NCBI GenBank assembly: GCA_037134875.1
Contig: JBAXLH010000001.1
Location: 106,646-170,645, forward strand
Source of the DNA: a bacterium
GTDB taxonomy: Bacteria > Patescibacteriota > Minisyncoccia > Phycocordibacterales > DATDWN01
Length of the DNA: 64,000 nt
Direction: 5' to 3'
Shown one piece after another: positions 29,178-38,998 of the stretch; positions within the stretch are counted from its first letter, which is position 1, and each line of letters begins with the position of its first letter. The position numbers were made by a program, and so were the translations under genes. A model generated the notes under the pieces. It was not told the origin of the DNA, did not search any database, and saw nothing but the letters and a program-made list of their open reading frames with translations.

Positions 29178-30409
29178 ATGGTTCTTTTCTTACCGGTCAG
29201 TAGATCTTGCATGAGGCCTTTTTTGAGAAGAGATAATTTTGATTTCAGTTCCTGATTAGTCGCAATCCTTTCTTCAATCGAAGAAAGGATGCTAGCAATT
29301 TTTTTCTGCTCCTGTATGGACGGAACAGGGACTTTATAACTTTTCATATAAGAAAGATTCAAGTGTGAGATATGCCCCTGAATTCCACCACTACGCAGTA
29401 ATTCATATTGGCTTTTCAAAAAAAGCCATAGATACTCGGAATCAATTTCTGTATTCGGTTCAATAGCAGCGGCGTTTTGTGTTGTGCATGCCTCGATTTT
29501 AAGGAGTGCAGTCTGTCCCCGTGTCTTTCCTTGACCATACATTGCAACAAGGATCGTTCCTGGCTGATATCTTTTTAGCCGATAGTCCTGAACTGCTTTA
29601 TCAGAAATATGCACCTCTGCCCGTTCAATTTTCTTATTTACAATCTCTCCCGTTTTGATAAAAGGATTATTGCCTTCGTAATACTCTTTTTTGCCTGTAG
29701 ACGGCGTGGTGCCGGTTGAGATAGTAGCTAGTTCTTCTAAATTTCTAAAAACAAATTTGGTTTTACCTGTTCCACTAGTAAAGAGATCTTTCATTAGCCC
29801 GCGCTTGAGTTTATCTGTCGCTTCAATAACTTCCTGTGTTTTTGCAATATCCTTATCAACTGTTCCCAAAATCTCTGCAATTTTCTGCTGTTCTTTTTTT
29901 GATTCCGGAATCAAGACTTGAATGGATTCAAATTTGCCTTTTGAAATAGTGTAGCGCGTTGCACCAACAGACGCTTTTTCAAATTGTCTAAGTACATCTC
30001 TAGCATTACAAAAATACGCTCGAAAATTAATGTCGATCTTATTGTCGTACTCCTCGTTAAATCTCAGTCGCGCCAAATGATAACTAAAGAGAGTATTCGG
30101 CAAATCCTTAGCCACTACAGCTGAGTGGCCAATATCATCAGGCGTTTCAGAAGAGGGGGTGAATAACATATCTCCAACCCTGACCTGTGCTACCTTAATT
30201 TCACTATCGCTGGCAGTCACTTCCATAAAATTAATGGAGTCATCAATAAATCCATGCTTGTAGACATCCATGTAGTTAACGAGCCTCACAGGCTTTTCGT
30301 CCCGCGCTATCTTTTTATCCACTCCACCGGTCTTAAACTCTCCCAAATCTGAAAGGTTTTTTATAACCCAACCACGCGGAATATTCTGTTGTTTCGTGTT
30401 AGTTGTCAT
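29174..30409 (-). CDS. hsdS: Type I R-M specificity subunit S
   Basis: Two TRDs with repeated conserved regions EQQKIAEIL / EQKKIASIL and KKGLMQDLLTGK. Confidence 0.96.
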   Translation of the reverse strand: MTTNTKQQNIPRGWVIKNLSDLGEFKTGGVDKKIARDEKPVRLVNYMDVYKHGFIDDSINFMEVTASDSEIKVAQVRVGDMLFTPSSETPDDIGHSAVVAKDLPNTLFSYHLARLRFNEEYDNKIDINFRAYFCNARDVLRQFEKASVGATRYTISKGKFESIQVLIPESKKEQQKIAEILGTVDKDIAKTQEVIEATDKLKRGLMKDLFTSGTGKTKFVFRNLEELATISTGTTPSTGKKEYYEGNNPFIKTGEIVNKKIERAEVHISDKAVQDYRLKRYQPGTILVAMYGQGKTRGQTALLKIEACTTQNAAAIEPNTEIDSEYLWLFLKSQYELLRSGGIQGHISHLNLSYMKSYKVPVPSIQEQKKIASILSSIEERIATNQELKSKLSLLKKGLMQDLLTGKKRTI

Positions 30410-31229
30410 CTCGTTTTTCTACGGCAATTTCTTGCTGAATTTGCTGCAATTGTTTTTTGACCATCGCGTCCTTTTCATTCTTTTTTGCTTCTTCTATTTT
30501 CTGATCGAGAATCAATTCAATAGAGAGTTTGATAGGCGCAAAATATCGTAAACATTCTTCTTCAGTTAATTCGTGTACACCCTTGCTCAAAATAGAGTAG
30601 ACACCTTTCATTTCCACAAGTTGGCTAGGGAGAAAAGTTTTCAATGTCTCAACCTTATCCAGCATTCTTTGTTTTTTGAAATCGATTTCGCTTATTTTAG
30701 TAGCGCCAGCATTGTTCGTGTATGTTTCAAGAATTAATTTCTCAAAAATCCTTCTGAGATAAACAAAAGAGCCGGCACCAGCCCCATGGGAAACCAGTCC
30801 AATTGCCTTTTTGAGATTTTTTAGGTCCTCAACTGGCAAAACCTTGTCATACTTCTTACCAATCTCTGCGAACTGTAAATCTGCTAACGATGGCCATTGT
30901 CCTATCTTCATGACGATTTCTCTATTTCGAAAAACTATAAAGCGTATTACATCGTTATCCTTCCGCTTACACTTCAAGGTAATGAGAAAGAACCCAACAT
31001 CAACACTATTACCTTTTTCTGCTGACCAATCGCTCCATGTATCGGTTGAATCAATGCTGATGGAATAGGTCGTTTCCGTACTATTCTTTGCGCTATACGC
31101 ATCCACGTCACCGCCGAAGGCATTTTTTTCTAGCTCACTAATTGACACAACCTCGTATAAAGGAGTTTCAAAATAGAAATCGTGTTTGCTCATTATTTTA
31201 GCCTCTCCCAACTGTAGTTCGTTAGCCAT
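30399..31229 (-). CDS. Hypothetical protein inside the hsd operon (DUF4145/HEPN-like C-terminus)
   Basis: GSFVYLRRIFEKLI...ILSKGVHEL; located between hsdM and hsdS. Confidence 0.65.
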   Translation of the reverse strand: MANELQLGEAKIMSKHDFYFETPLYEVVSISELEKNAFGGDVDAYSAKNSTETTYSISIDSTDTWSDWSAEKGNSVDVGFFLITLKCKRKDNDVIRFIVFRNREIVMKIGQWPSLADLQFAEIGKKYDKVLPVEDLKNLKKAIGLVSHGAGAGSFVYLRRIFEKLILETYTNNAGATKISEIDFKKQRMLDKVETLKTFLPSQLVEMKGVYSILSKGVHELTEEECLRYFAPIKLSIELILDQKIEEAKKNEKDAMVKKQLQQIQQEIAVEKRDDN

Positions 31230-31233
31230 AAAT

Positions 31234-32919
31234 TTAATACTTCAATTCCTTTAGATACCCTTCGACCTTTGTATCAATTGCCGTACGCTCCTTTTCGAGA
31301 GTAGCTAACTCCTTGCGTACAGCAGACACATCAATAATTTCCTCTTTATCACCGTTCTCAATGTAGCGGCGAACGTTGAGGTTGTACTCATTCGTTTCTA
31401 TCTCCTTCAGGTCAACGACGCGGGCATAACCATCAATATCCTTAAAACCATCGTAAGTTTTAACAATTTTCTGAATGTCCTGATAACGGAGCGAATTCTG
31501 ATTCTTACCCTCAGAGAAGTCCTTCTCGGCATCTACGATCAACACTTTACCTTTGTGACCTCCCGCCTTGTTCTTGTTGAAAATGATAATGGCCGCTGGA
31601 ATGCCCGTGCCGTAGAAGAGCTTTGACGGAAGTGCAATCACAGCTTCGATGAGGTCATTCTTAAGTATTTGTTCCCGAATACGGCCTTCGGAACCACCTC
31701 GGAAGAGGACACCGTGCGGGAGCACAATACCGGCACGGCCATTAGAGTTCATCGACTTGATGATGTGGAGCACAAAGGCGTAGTCAGCGTTTTTGTTTGG
31801 TGGCAGTTCGTACCCGTCGATGCGACCGTATTTATCGGACTTGAACATCTCGTACTCCCAGTCGTTGATTGAGTAGGGTGGGTTTGCAACGCAAATATCA
31901 AATGTCTTGAGACTACCGTTTGGGTTCAAAAACTGCGGGTTCGCGAGTGTGTCGCCCCGCTGAATGTCGGCGCTATCAAGTCCGTGGAGAAACATGTTGA
32001 TCTTGGCGATCGCATAAGTGCCAATATTAATCTCCTGGCCATAAAGATAGAGCGTGCGCGCAATCTGCTCGCCCTCTTTCTCTTTCAGATGATGAAAAGC
32101 CTCCAAAAGGAATCCGCCTGAGCCGACCGTGGGGTCGTAAATATGATCTTTCTTGTGTGGCTTAAGTATCTGTATGATGACGCGTTCAACTTCACGCGGT
32201 GTATAAAACTCACCGCCTTTCTTTCCGGCGTCAGCCGCAAACTGTTTGATGAGGTATTCGTACGCATCGCCAAGGACATCGGAGTTGATGTATGTGTCGC
32301 CAAAGTTGTATTGAGAGAAGTGGTTGATGAGGCGCTGAGTCGTTTCGTTCGGGAAGCGGTCCTTGTTGGCAAAGTCGAGGTCATCAAAAATCCTGTCGAG
32401 CTTCGGACTATTGGCGTTGGCAAGCTTTTCAAAAATCTCATTGAGTTTCTTGCCGATGTTTTCTGCTTTTTCCTCAACAACCGACCAACGACACTCCTTC
32501 GGCACCTGAAAGCGATGGTTGTAGTCGGCGCGAGCGATCGTTTCGTCTTTGAACTCTTCCATTACCTTCGCGTACTCTTCATCCCAGACGTCGCTGATGC
32601 GTTTGAAAAAGAGAAGGCCAAAGATGTACTTCTTGTAGTCAGAACTGTCGATTTTGCCGCGGAGAATATCCGCACTCTTCCAGAGGAACTGCTCGAGCTG
32701 TGGAAGAGTGAGCTTGCTACCCATCTTGTCGACTATTGCTCGTATATCTTCAGGGCGATATTTACGATCCCCGCGTTTACCGGCACGCATGGGTACTAAA
32801 ATGCCCTCCTTTTCCCAGTTACGGAGGGTGTCTGGATGGATATTAAAGATTTCAGCGACCTGTCCTATTGAAAGGAGGTCGGGCATTTCTTTGAGTTTTG
32901 CTTGTATATCTTTGCGCAT
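31234..32919 (-). CDS. hsdM: Type I R-M methyltransferase subunit M with N-terminal MerR-type HTH
   Basis: LSIGQVAEIFNIHPDTLRNWE...DRKYR; LWKSADILRG, GEFYTP, DPTVGSGG, NPPY, VLPHGVLFRG. Confidence 0.96.
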   Translation of the reverse strand: MRKDIQAKLKEMPDLLSIGQVAEIFNIHPDTLRNWEKEGILVPMRAGKRGDRKYRPEDIRAIVDKMGSKLTLPQLEQFLWKSADILRGKIDSSDYKKYIFGLLFFKRISDVWDEEYAKVMEEFKDETIARADYNHRFQVPKECRWSVVEEKAENIGKKLNEIFEKLANANSPKLDRIFDDLDFANKDRFPNETTQRLINHFSQYNFGDTYINSDVLGDAYEYLIKQFAADAGKKGGEFYTPREVERVIIQILKPHKKDHIYDPTVGSGGFLLEAFHHLKEKEGEQIARTLYLYGQEINIGTYAIAKINMFLHGLDSADIQRGDTLANPQFLNPNGSLKTFDICVANPPYSINDWEYEMFKSDKYGRIDGYELPPNKNADYAFVLHIIKSMNSNGRAGIVLPHGVLFRGGSEGRIREQILKNDLIEAVIALPSKLFYGTGIPAAIIIFNKNKAGGHKGKVLIVDAEKDFSEGKNQNSLRYQDIQKIVKTYDGFKDIDGYARVVDLKEIETNEYNLNVRRYIENGDKEEIIDVSAVRKELATLEKERTAIDTKVEGYLKELKY

Positions 32920-33067
32920 ATTGTTAAGTACTATCCTATCGCGGGCTAAATATAATGTCAAGCGTTCATAGGTTATCATAGGTCTAAACCTTAGCTTGCT
33001 ATGTAAAATAAGGGTAATTTGGCTATCAACAGGTGTCCTGGACTCCCTAGAGCCTTTACGTCATTGA

Positions 33068-34360
33068 TTGATGTATATGGAAACAAAGCAATTGGAGGCC
33101 CTCCGGTACTGCCTCTACGCACGCAAAAGTACCGAAGCAGAGGATAAACAGGCCCTTTCAATAGAGTCGCAGGTAAAGGAGATGCAAGTGCTCGCCGAGC
33201 GGGACGGGCTCCATATCGTAGAGATAAAGCGAGAGTCACACTCCTCCAAGGAGGTAGGCCAGCGGCCGGTATATAACCAGATGCTCGAGGACCTACGCTC
33301 ACAGAAGTTCAATGCAATACTCACATGGGCTCCGGATCGGTTGAGCCGCAATGCCGGAGACTTGGGGTCGGTCGTAGACCTCATGGACCAGAAGCTGCTG
33401 CATGAGATACGCACCTACGGGCAGAAGTTTACCAACAACCCGAATGAGAAGTTTTTGCTGATGATACTCGGGAGCCAAGCGAAACTTGAGAACGATAACA
33501 AGGCGGTGAATGTTAAGCGTGGATTGCGCACACGATGCGAGATGGGGTGGAGGCCCGGCGTTGCACCAACCGGATACTTAAACGAAAAGCACGTTGATAA
33601 AAAGTGCCAATGTAGGGTTGATCCAAAGCGCGGACCGGTCATCAAACAGATGTTTGAAAAAGTAGCCAATGAACAGTGGAGTGGGCGCAAGCTATATCGC
33701 TGGTTGAGAGAAATCGACTTCAAGACGCATCGCGGCAAGCCGTTGGTGCTGGCGAATGTGTACATAATTTTGCGAAACCCTTTTTATTACGGCGACTTTG
33801 AATACCCGGTCGGTGGAGGCAAGTGGTACACAGGCAAGCACACGCCAATCATTGATAAGGAGTTGTATACAAAAGTGCAAATGACACTGAACGCGAACTT
33901 TATACCCAAAACTGAGAGTAAAGAGTTTGCCTTTACCAAGCTCATACGATGCGGACACTGCGGCTCGGGCATATCCGCAGATGAGAAGTTCAAGAAGTTA
34001 AAAGACGGCGGTGTAAACAGGCACGTGTACTACTTCTGCACCAAGGCTCGGAATATAGACTGCAAGAATCCGGCCATAAATGAGCCGGGTCTGATCGAGG
34101 AGCTTATAGGTCTCATGGATAAGGTCAACATGGACGAACTAGGCATACGAACCCGGATAGAGGATGAAATAAAACGGTTTAACAAATTTAGGTCAGGCGT
34201 ACTTGGACACAAGCAAGACAAAATAGAGATCGACGTAGATGTAAGAAATTACACCAAGTACCTATTGAGAGAAGGGACGCTTATAGAGAAGCGCGAACTG
34301 CTCGGATGCCTTCAAAGCAAACTATTTCTGAATGACAAAAAAATCAGAATGGATAATTAA
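33068..34360 (+). CDS. Large serine recombinase (resolvase + recombinase + Zn ribbon)
   Basis: YARKS catalytic motif, DRLSRN, APTGY, NPFYYG, CGHCG...YFC. Confidence 0.95.
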   Translation: MMYMETKQLEALRYCLYARKSTEAEDKQALSIESQVKEMQVLAERDGLHIVEIKRESHSSKEVGQRPVYNQMLEDLRSQKFNAILTWAPDRLSRNAGDLGSVVDLMDQKLLHEIRTYGQKFTNNPNEKFLLMILGSQAKLENDNKAVNVKRGLRTRCEMGWRPGVAPTGYLNEKHVDKKCQCRVDPKRGPVIKQMFEKVANEQWSGRKLYRWLREIDFKTHRGKPLVLANVYIILRNPFYYGDFEYPVGGGKWYTGKHTPIIDKELYTKVQMTLNANFIPKTESKEFAFTKLIRCGHCGSGISADEKFKKLKDGGVNRHVYYFCTKARNIDCKNPAINEPGLIEELIGLMDKVNMDELGIRTRIEDEIKRFNKFRSGVLGHKQDKIEIDVDVRNYTKYLLREGTLIEKRELLGCLQSKLFLNDKKIRMDN

Positions 34361-35309
34361 TTGCAGTCCAATCGAGCACCAGAGGGTTGGGTTTTCCTGA
34401 ATTAGAATCTAACTCAAACTTAGGAATATAAAATTCCTTTTCATACTTCTCAAAACCAGTCGTAACAATCTTGAATATATTCCTAATGAGGGGGCTCTTC
34501 TGGTCAAAAAATCCAGTGCCAAAGTTAAGTCCGAATTGCGCATGGAACATTACTACCGCAGCGCCAACTGCGTAGACTGCATTTTCCAAAGTCGCGAACT
34601 TTAGATTTTCCTCTCGGTCGTGTTTAGTCTTGTTATAGGAGTCATACCAATTCAATGATGTCGTTGGATTACTAACATCCCACCCCTTAAAAGGTGCAAA
34701 AGCTGGGAAGTTCGGATATGACTGCAAAGATAGTTCGTATCCGTCTAAAAGCATCGGGTGATGCAGTTTTACATAGTCATTGGTAGTTAACCTCGGTGAG
34801 GAATACGTATTCTCTTTTAAGACCGCCGTCCACGATGACTCAACTTCCATAGATGCCAGTAGAATGATCTCCCTGATTTTGTGACCATAGACTGATAAAT
34901 TATCCTTGTTTGGTTCAATGGTTTCAAAGAGATATTCCAATTTGCCGAGCAATATACGCAGTGAGACAAAAGACTCATTTAATTTTTCTTGATAGGCAAT
35001 ATTAAATGGACGCCCTCCACATGCAAGAGGCCTCCACATTCTTTTGTAATAAGTGCCAAGGACGTAACTTGATTCAACCGGTTCGCTGTCACCAAAACTC
35101 TTTGTAACCCAATCTTTAATGTCGGTGAAGGTTGTATTTGGAACTTTAACGAAATGTACCTCACCTCCATGATTAACTCCCGAGGCAAAGAGGACACCCT
35201 GACCCTCGAAAGCAACTCCGCTCTCGTGGTGAAAAAAGAAGTCTTGATCAAAATTTGGTCCTTGTTTCCCATTAGGGAAAAATTTGTTTTGAAAAAATAA
35301 TATCTTCAT
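34344..35309 (-). CDS. Hypothetical protein, possible HEPN-like domain
   Basis: GHKIREIILLASMEVE...WYDSYNKTKHDRE; probable start MKILFF. Confidence 0.7.
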   Translation of the reverse strand: MKILFFQNKFFPNGKQGPNFDQDFFFHHESGVAFEGQGVLFASGVNHGGEVHFVKVPNTTFTDIKDWVTKSFGDSEPVESSYVLGTYYKRMWRPLACGGRPFNIAYQEKLNESFVSLRILLGKLEYLFETIEPNKDNLSVYGHKIREIILLASMEVESSWTAVLKENTYSSPRLTTNDYVKLHHPMLLDGYELSLQSYPNFPAFAPFKGWDVSNPTTSLNWYDSYNKTKHDREENLKFATLENAVYAVGAAVVMFHAQFGLNFGTGFFDQKSPLIRNIFKIVTTGFEKYEKEFYIPKFELDSNSGKPNPLVLDWTAINYPF

Positions 35310-35351
35310 AATCTGCGACCGACGTGTCTCAGTCACCTGACTTAGTATATG

Positions 35352-35553
35352 TTGGCTGTGTCTCCTGAACAAAATCCGAACTTTTTTCCAAACTAATCCG
35401 ACTGAGGATTAATCTGCGCGCCTCGCCCGCTCCCTTCGGTCGCGGGAGCAAAAACCAAAAATTTTCCTTACCTTTCTTATTTTCTTCGGCGGGGGGTGTG
35501 GGGGGAGCCGACAAAAAATGGAAAGGAAATTTTTGGTTTTGCTTCGCCGCTAC
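35352..35553 (+). repeat. attL: core + arm Y (202 bp)
   Basis: Reverse complement of 38588-38789, identical by eye. Confidence 0.95.
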
Positions 35554-35769
35554 AGACTACGAAATGAACATTTACATTATATCATTTGTGGTTCTTTGGA
35601 GTTGTTCATTTCTCCGTCCTTGCGGCGATACGAGGCGCTTCCTCTCCGCGTTTGGTGATAGCTTGAAACTTTGTGCCTCCGACCGAGTTTAGTGGTACCT
35701 CACAAAGCGGATTGTGCTTGGCACAAACAAATCTTATTGTGCTTGCCCCGCCCGCCCTGTGCGCGCACA

Positions 35770-35813
35770 AATCCCCGCCGTTTTTAGGAAATATTATAAA
35801 ACGGCGGGGATTG
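35770..35813. terminator. Hairpin downstream of the cargo operon
   Basis: AATCCCCGCCGTTTT...AAAACGGCGGGGATT. Confidence 0.6.
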
Positions 35814-35819
35814 CCTCCC

Positions 35820-36686
35820 TTATGCCGACTCAAATGCTTTTTTGAAAGCTGGTTCTTGCATAGCGGCATGGCTCGCGCCATACACGACAAAAACTCGCTT
35901 GTGAGTTTTGAATGCTTCAAGAATATCTCCAACAATTTTTTTATCTCTAAAAAGCGACGAGGCTTCGCCAATTCGATTCAAAATTGTTTGTTTTTCTTTT
36001 TTCTCGTCCCACGGTATCGGGTCAATCCGATCAAGTGCATTTGGGTCATTTTCAACATCTACAGCTTCGCCGAAAATCTGCTCGCCAAGTTTTATAGCGC
36101 GTTCGTATGAGTAATCGAAACCTTCCCAATTAGTTGTTCGTTTGAATCGGTCAATAAATCCAGAAACATATTTTTCAAATCCCTCTCGTTTCATTTGTCG
36201 ATTATATTGCGGAAGAATGTGGAAAACATCCCATGCAAATATTTGGTCTTTTGAAAATCCTTTGGCGAGCAAGTCGTTATACAAATCCTCGTCGGTTGGT
36301 TCGGGAGATTCCCAGTCAATTCCTTTTTCAACTCCTAATTTCAATGTAAGACCTGACTCGCCCATACGGTCAATTGCTTCCTCGCGTGTGGCAGATTTTA
36401 CTCTCTCATTAAATTTTGTTTTATCTCCGCGAACATTCATACCCTCGACAAAAACAATATCAGGATTCGCTTTATTGAAAGCGGCCTCAATTTCTGCGAA
36501 TAGAGGATTACTTGGGTCGCTTGTGTGAGGCGAGCCGAAGTAATAAAGTTCTTTATCTCCCGCTTTCAATTCAAAAACATATGGTGTTGCGTGTTCAATT
36601 TTGCTGTATTCCTCGGCAGTCATTATGCTACTCAAAACTGATTCTGTCGTTTCGGATTTATTTTTTGGTTGTTCAAATGTTTCCAT
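35820..36686 (-). CDS. Hypothetical protein
   Basis: 288-aa ORF; YFGSPHT, VFVEG, FVVYGASHA (TraB/GumN-like motif pattern). Confidence 0.75.
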   Translation of the reverse strand: METFEQPKNKSETTESVLSSIMTAEEYSKIEHATPYVFELKAGDKELYYFGSPHTSDPSNPLFAEIEAAFNKANPDIVFVEGMNVRGDKTKFNERVKSATREEAIDRMGESGLTLKLGVEKGIDWESPEPTDEDLYNDLLAKGFSKDQIFAWDVFHILPQYNRQMKREGFEKYVSGFIDRFKRTTNWEGFDYSYERAIKLGEQIFGEAVDVENDPNALDRIDPIPWDEKKEKQTILNRIGEASSLFRDKKIVGDILEAFKTHKRVFVVYGASHAAMQEPAFKKAFESA

Positions 36687-36688
36687 AA

Positions 36689-37447
36689 TTATTTTTTGGA
36701 AACATAATCAATTATCTTGTCCCAATCGAGGTTATCTTTTGTATAAAAAAGGTCAATGACATCTTTTGTCATTTCGTTGATTTTCTTTACATAAAGTTGT
36801 TTAAAACTATCGTCTCGTTTCTTAGCTTCCTTATCCAGTGGTTGAATGATTTTTTTATACAATTCGTTATCGCCAGAGATAAGTTCCCAAAAAGCTTGTC
36901 CGCAAATTTTGTAATAACTAAGGTCGGGGTCTTTATTCACCTTATGTGGAACATTGTCTCGTCCATAAATACAGCCGTTTACAGAAACAATACTATTTTT
37001 ATTGAGTTCGGCACGAAGTAACTTTTTAGCAATTTTCAAGTTTCTTTTCAATGTATTTACTTGGTCAGAATTTCCCCAGTTTGGTCCGGATTTAATACCA
37101 ACGATATAGGTTTTTTCATCTCGATCAAAAATTAAATCAACGCTACGATATTTCCCTTCCTCCGCTTTTTTGCCCTTAAATACTTCGTGGCAAACATGGA
37201 TAGCCAGATTTTCCATCAAATCGCCGAAAATTGTTTCCTCTTGTGATGACAAAAAAGCGTCAAGAATACTTTTTGCCAAATCTCCTGCGGTCTCGATGTT
37301 CTTGGCCTTAAATAAGTAAGGATTTTTTCGTTTTGAAATATAAGAAAGTTTTGCCGATTCAAGTCGAGCAAGCCGTATTTCATAAAATGGTTTTATAACA
37401 TCAGAAGCGATAAAGGTATTTAGTTTTTCGTAGTTTAGTTTTTTCAT
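36689..37447 (-). CDS. Type II restriction endonuclease (PmeII-like family)
   Basis: KRKNPYLF, SSQEETIFG, VDL...GIKSGPNWGN, CGQAFWELI; directly downstream of the MTase. Confidence 0.85.
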   Translation of the reverse strand: MKKLNYEKLNTFIASDVIKPFYEIRLARLESAKLSYISKRKNPYLFKAKNIETAGDLAKSILDAFLSSQEETIFGDLMENLAIHVCHEVFKGKKAEEGKYRSVDLIFDRDEKTYIVGIKSGPNWGNSDQVNTLKRNLKIAKKLLRAELNKNSIVSVNGCIYGRDNVPHKVNKDPDLSYYKICGQAFWELISGDNELYKKIIQPLDKEAKKRDDSFKQLYVKKINEMTKDVIDLFYTKDNLDWDKIIDYVSKK

Positions 37448-37448
37448 A

Positions 37449-38315
37449 TTATTTCGTTTGCTCGTTAATATTTTCGACAGCCAGTTTGTGATATTCCTCC
37501 TGTATTTCAATACCTATTGAATTACGGTCAAGCTGAAAAGCGGCAATAGAAGTCGTGCCGGAACCCAAAAATGGGTCTAGAACGACGTCTCCGGGTTTTG
37601 TAAAAAGTTTAATAAACCAACTCGGTAGTTCTTTGGGAAAGACTGCACTATGTTTTTTGTTGGAACTTTCGGTCGCCATTGAAAGTACATTTGTAGGATA
37701 AGCTAAATCGCGACCTACCCAATTTGATACATTTTTTCCAAAACCGCTACCAACTTTTGAGTTATCTCGTTGCTTATCAGTTTCGCTAAGATTTTTCAAA
37801 CGAGTTTTTGCCCAATCTCCCATGGGGACTCTTACCTCATCTTGATACATATTAAAATCTTTTGATTTATTGAATTGCAAAAGTCGTTCCCAAGAATCAC
37901 GAAAACGGTTAGGCCACTTGCCCGGAAAGCAATTTTTTTTGTGCCAAATAAATTCTTCTGTCCAAAGCCAGCCCTGTTTTCGCATTGCGATAATTAGCTC
38001 CATGACATAGGTATGACGCTCACCATTTGCAACTTTTTCTTTAATATTCAAAACGAACGTTCCTTTTGGATGTAAAACTCGTAATAATTCTGCCGTCATA
38101 GGCAAAAACCATTCAACATATTTATCAGGACTAATTCCGCCGTAAGTGCTTTTCCTTTGGTCTGCGTAAGGTGGTGATGTGACGATAAGATCGACGGAAT
38201 TTTCTGGCAAACTTTTTAAAACATCAAGACAGTCGCCAAGAATAACATCCGCTTTTACTTTGGCTTTTGTCTTTGCATTAAACAAGTCAATTTTTTCTAT
38301 AGTGTTAATTGTCAT
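37449..38315 (-). CDS. Site-specific DNA methyltransferase (beta class, likely m4C)
   Basis: TSPPY, HSAVFP, DPFLGSGTT. Confidence 0.95.
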   Translation of the reverse strand: MTINTIEKIDLFNAKTKAKVKADVILGDCLDVLKSLPENSVDLIVTSPPYADQRKSTYGGISPDKYVEWFLPMTAELLRVLHPKGTFVLNIKEKVANGERHTYVMELIIAMRKQGWLWTEEFIWHKKNCFPGKWPNRFRDSWERLLQFNKSKDFNMYQDEVRVPMGDWAKTRLKNLSETDKQRDNSKVGSGFGKNVSNWVGRDLAYPTNVLSMATESSNKKHSAVFPKELPSWFIKLFTKPGDVVLDPFLGSGTTSIAAFQLDRNSIGIEIQEEYHKLAVENINEQTK

Positions 38316-38320
38316 AAAAT

Positions 38321-38527
38321 TTATTTCAGCAATTCATCTGTTGAAACGCTAAGTGCTTTTGCAATATTGGAAATGGTAGAAAGAGTTGGATTTGTTTTGC
38401 CATTTTCGATATTGCTCACAAAACTTCGGCTAACGCCGAGTGTTCGCACAATATCGCCTTGTGTAATGCCTTTTTCTGTTCTGATTCGCTTTAGGTTTTT
38501 ACCCAACTTTGCAGACTCGCTTTTCAT
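38321..38527 (-). CDS. XRE-family HTH regulator (R-M controller-like)
   Basis: LGKNLKRIRTEKGITQ...SNIENGKTNPTL; first gene of the R-M operon. Confidence 0.9.
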   Translation of the reverse strand: MKSESAKLGKNLKRIRTEKGITQGDIVRTLGVSRSFVSNIENGKTNPTLSTISNIAKALSVSTDELLK

Positions 38528-38587
38528 ATCCACAAGTATACCACTTCCAATTACATTATACACCAATATTATAGTATAATGTAATAG

Positions 38588-38914
38588 GTAGCGGCGAAGC
38601 AAAACCAAAAATTTCCTTTCCATTTTTTGTCGGCTCCCCCCACACCCCCCGCCGAAGAAAATAAGAAAGGTAAGGAAAATTTTTGGTTTTTGCTCCCGCG
38701 ACCGAAGGGAGCGGGCGAGGCGCGCAGATTAATCCTCAGTCGGATTAGTTTGGAAAAAAGTTCGGATTTTGTTCAGGAGACACAGCCAAGTTTCGGAATT
38801 CGTTTTTTCGCCAAAATTCGGAGCGTCGCAAAGCGACGCGACTGGGGTTTCCGCCAGAATTCGCCAAGGGTTTTTGAAATCCAAAAGAAGCGAGCGGGAC
38901 GCGAGGCGGGGGTT
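38588..38914 (-). repeat. Internal inverted attP-like junction (arm X + TTGGCTG core + arm Y, 327 bp)
   Basis: 38588-38789 = revcomp of 35352-35553; 38783-38914 = revcomp of 40349-40480; overlap CAGCCAA. Confidence 0.92.
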
Positions 38915-38998
38915 TATGATGAGTACATCATTCAAAACAAAGTTTTGCGAGCCAATCTTGAAGCGATAATTATCAATATTTAACATAAACCTTTTTCT

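Larger units (their letters stand above)
20249..35351. mobile_element. Outer integrative element at tRNA-Gln (serine recombinase, type I R-M, ParB-MTase/TerS-like module)
   Basis: Left end is the tRNA 3' duplication; right end abuts the TTGGCTG core at 35352; contains a large serine recombinase; composition visibly differs from the core genes. Confidence 0.75.

Noticed and set aside
29174-30409. Phase-variable hsdS shufflon driven by the nearby recombinase
   Set aside because: Only one hsdS; no silent TRDs or flanking inverted repeats seen.
20545-35351. Intact prophage or conjugative ICE
   Set aside because: No large terminase, capsid, tail, relaxase or T4SS genes recognised.
38627-38983. 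ORFs starting MSAPPTPP here and at 35329-35514
   Set aside because: Identical translations simply reflect the inverted att arms; no sign of coding.
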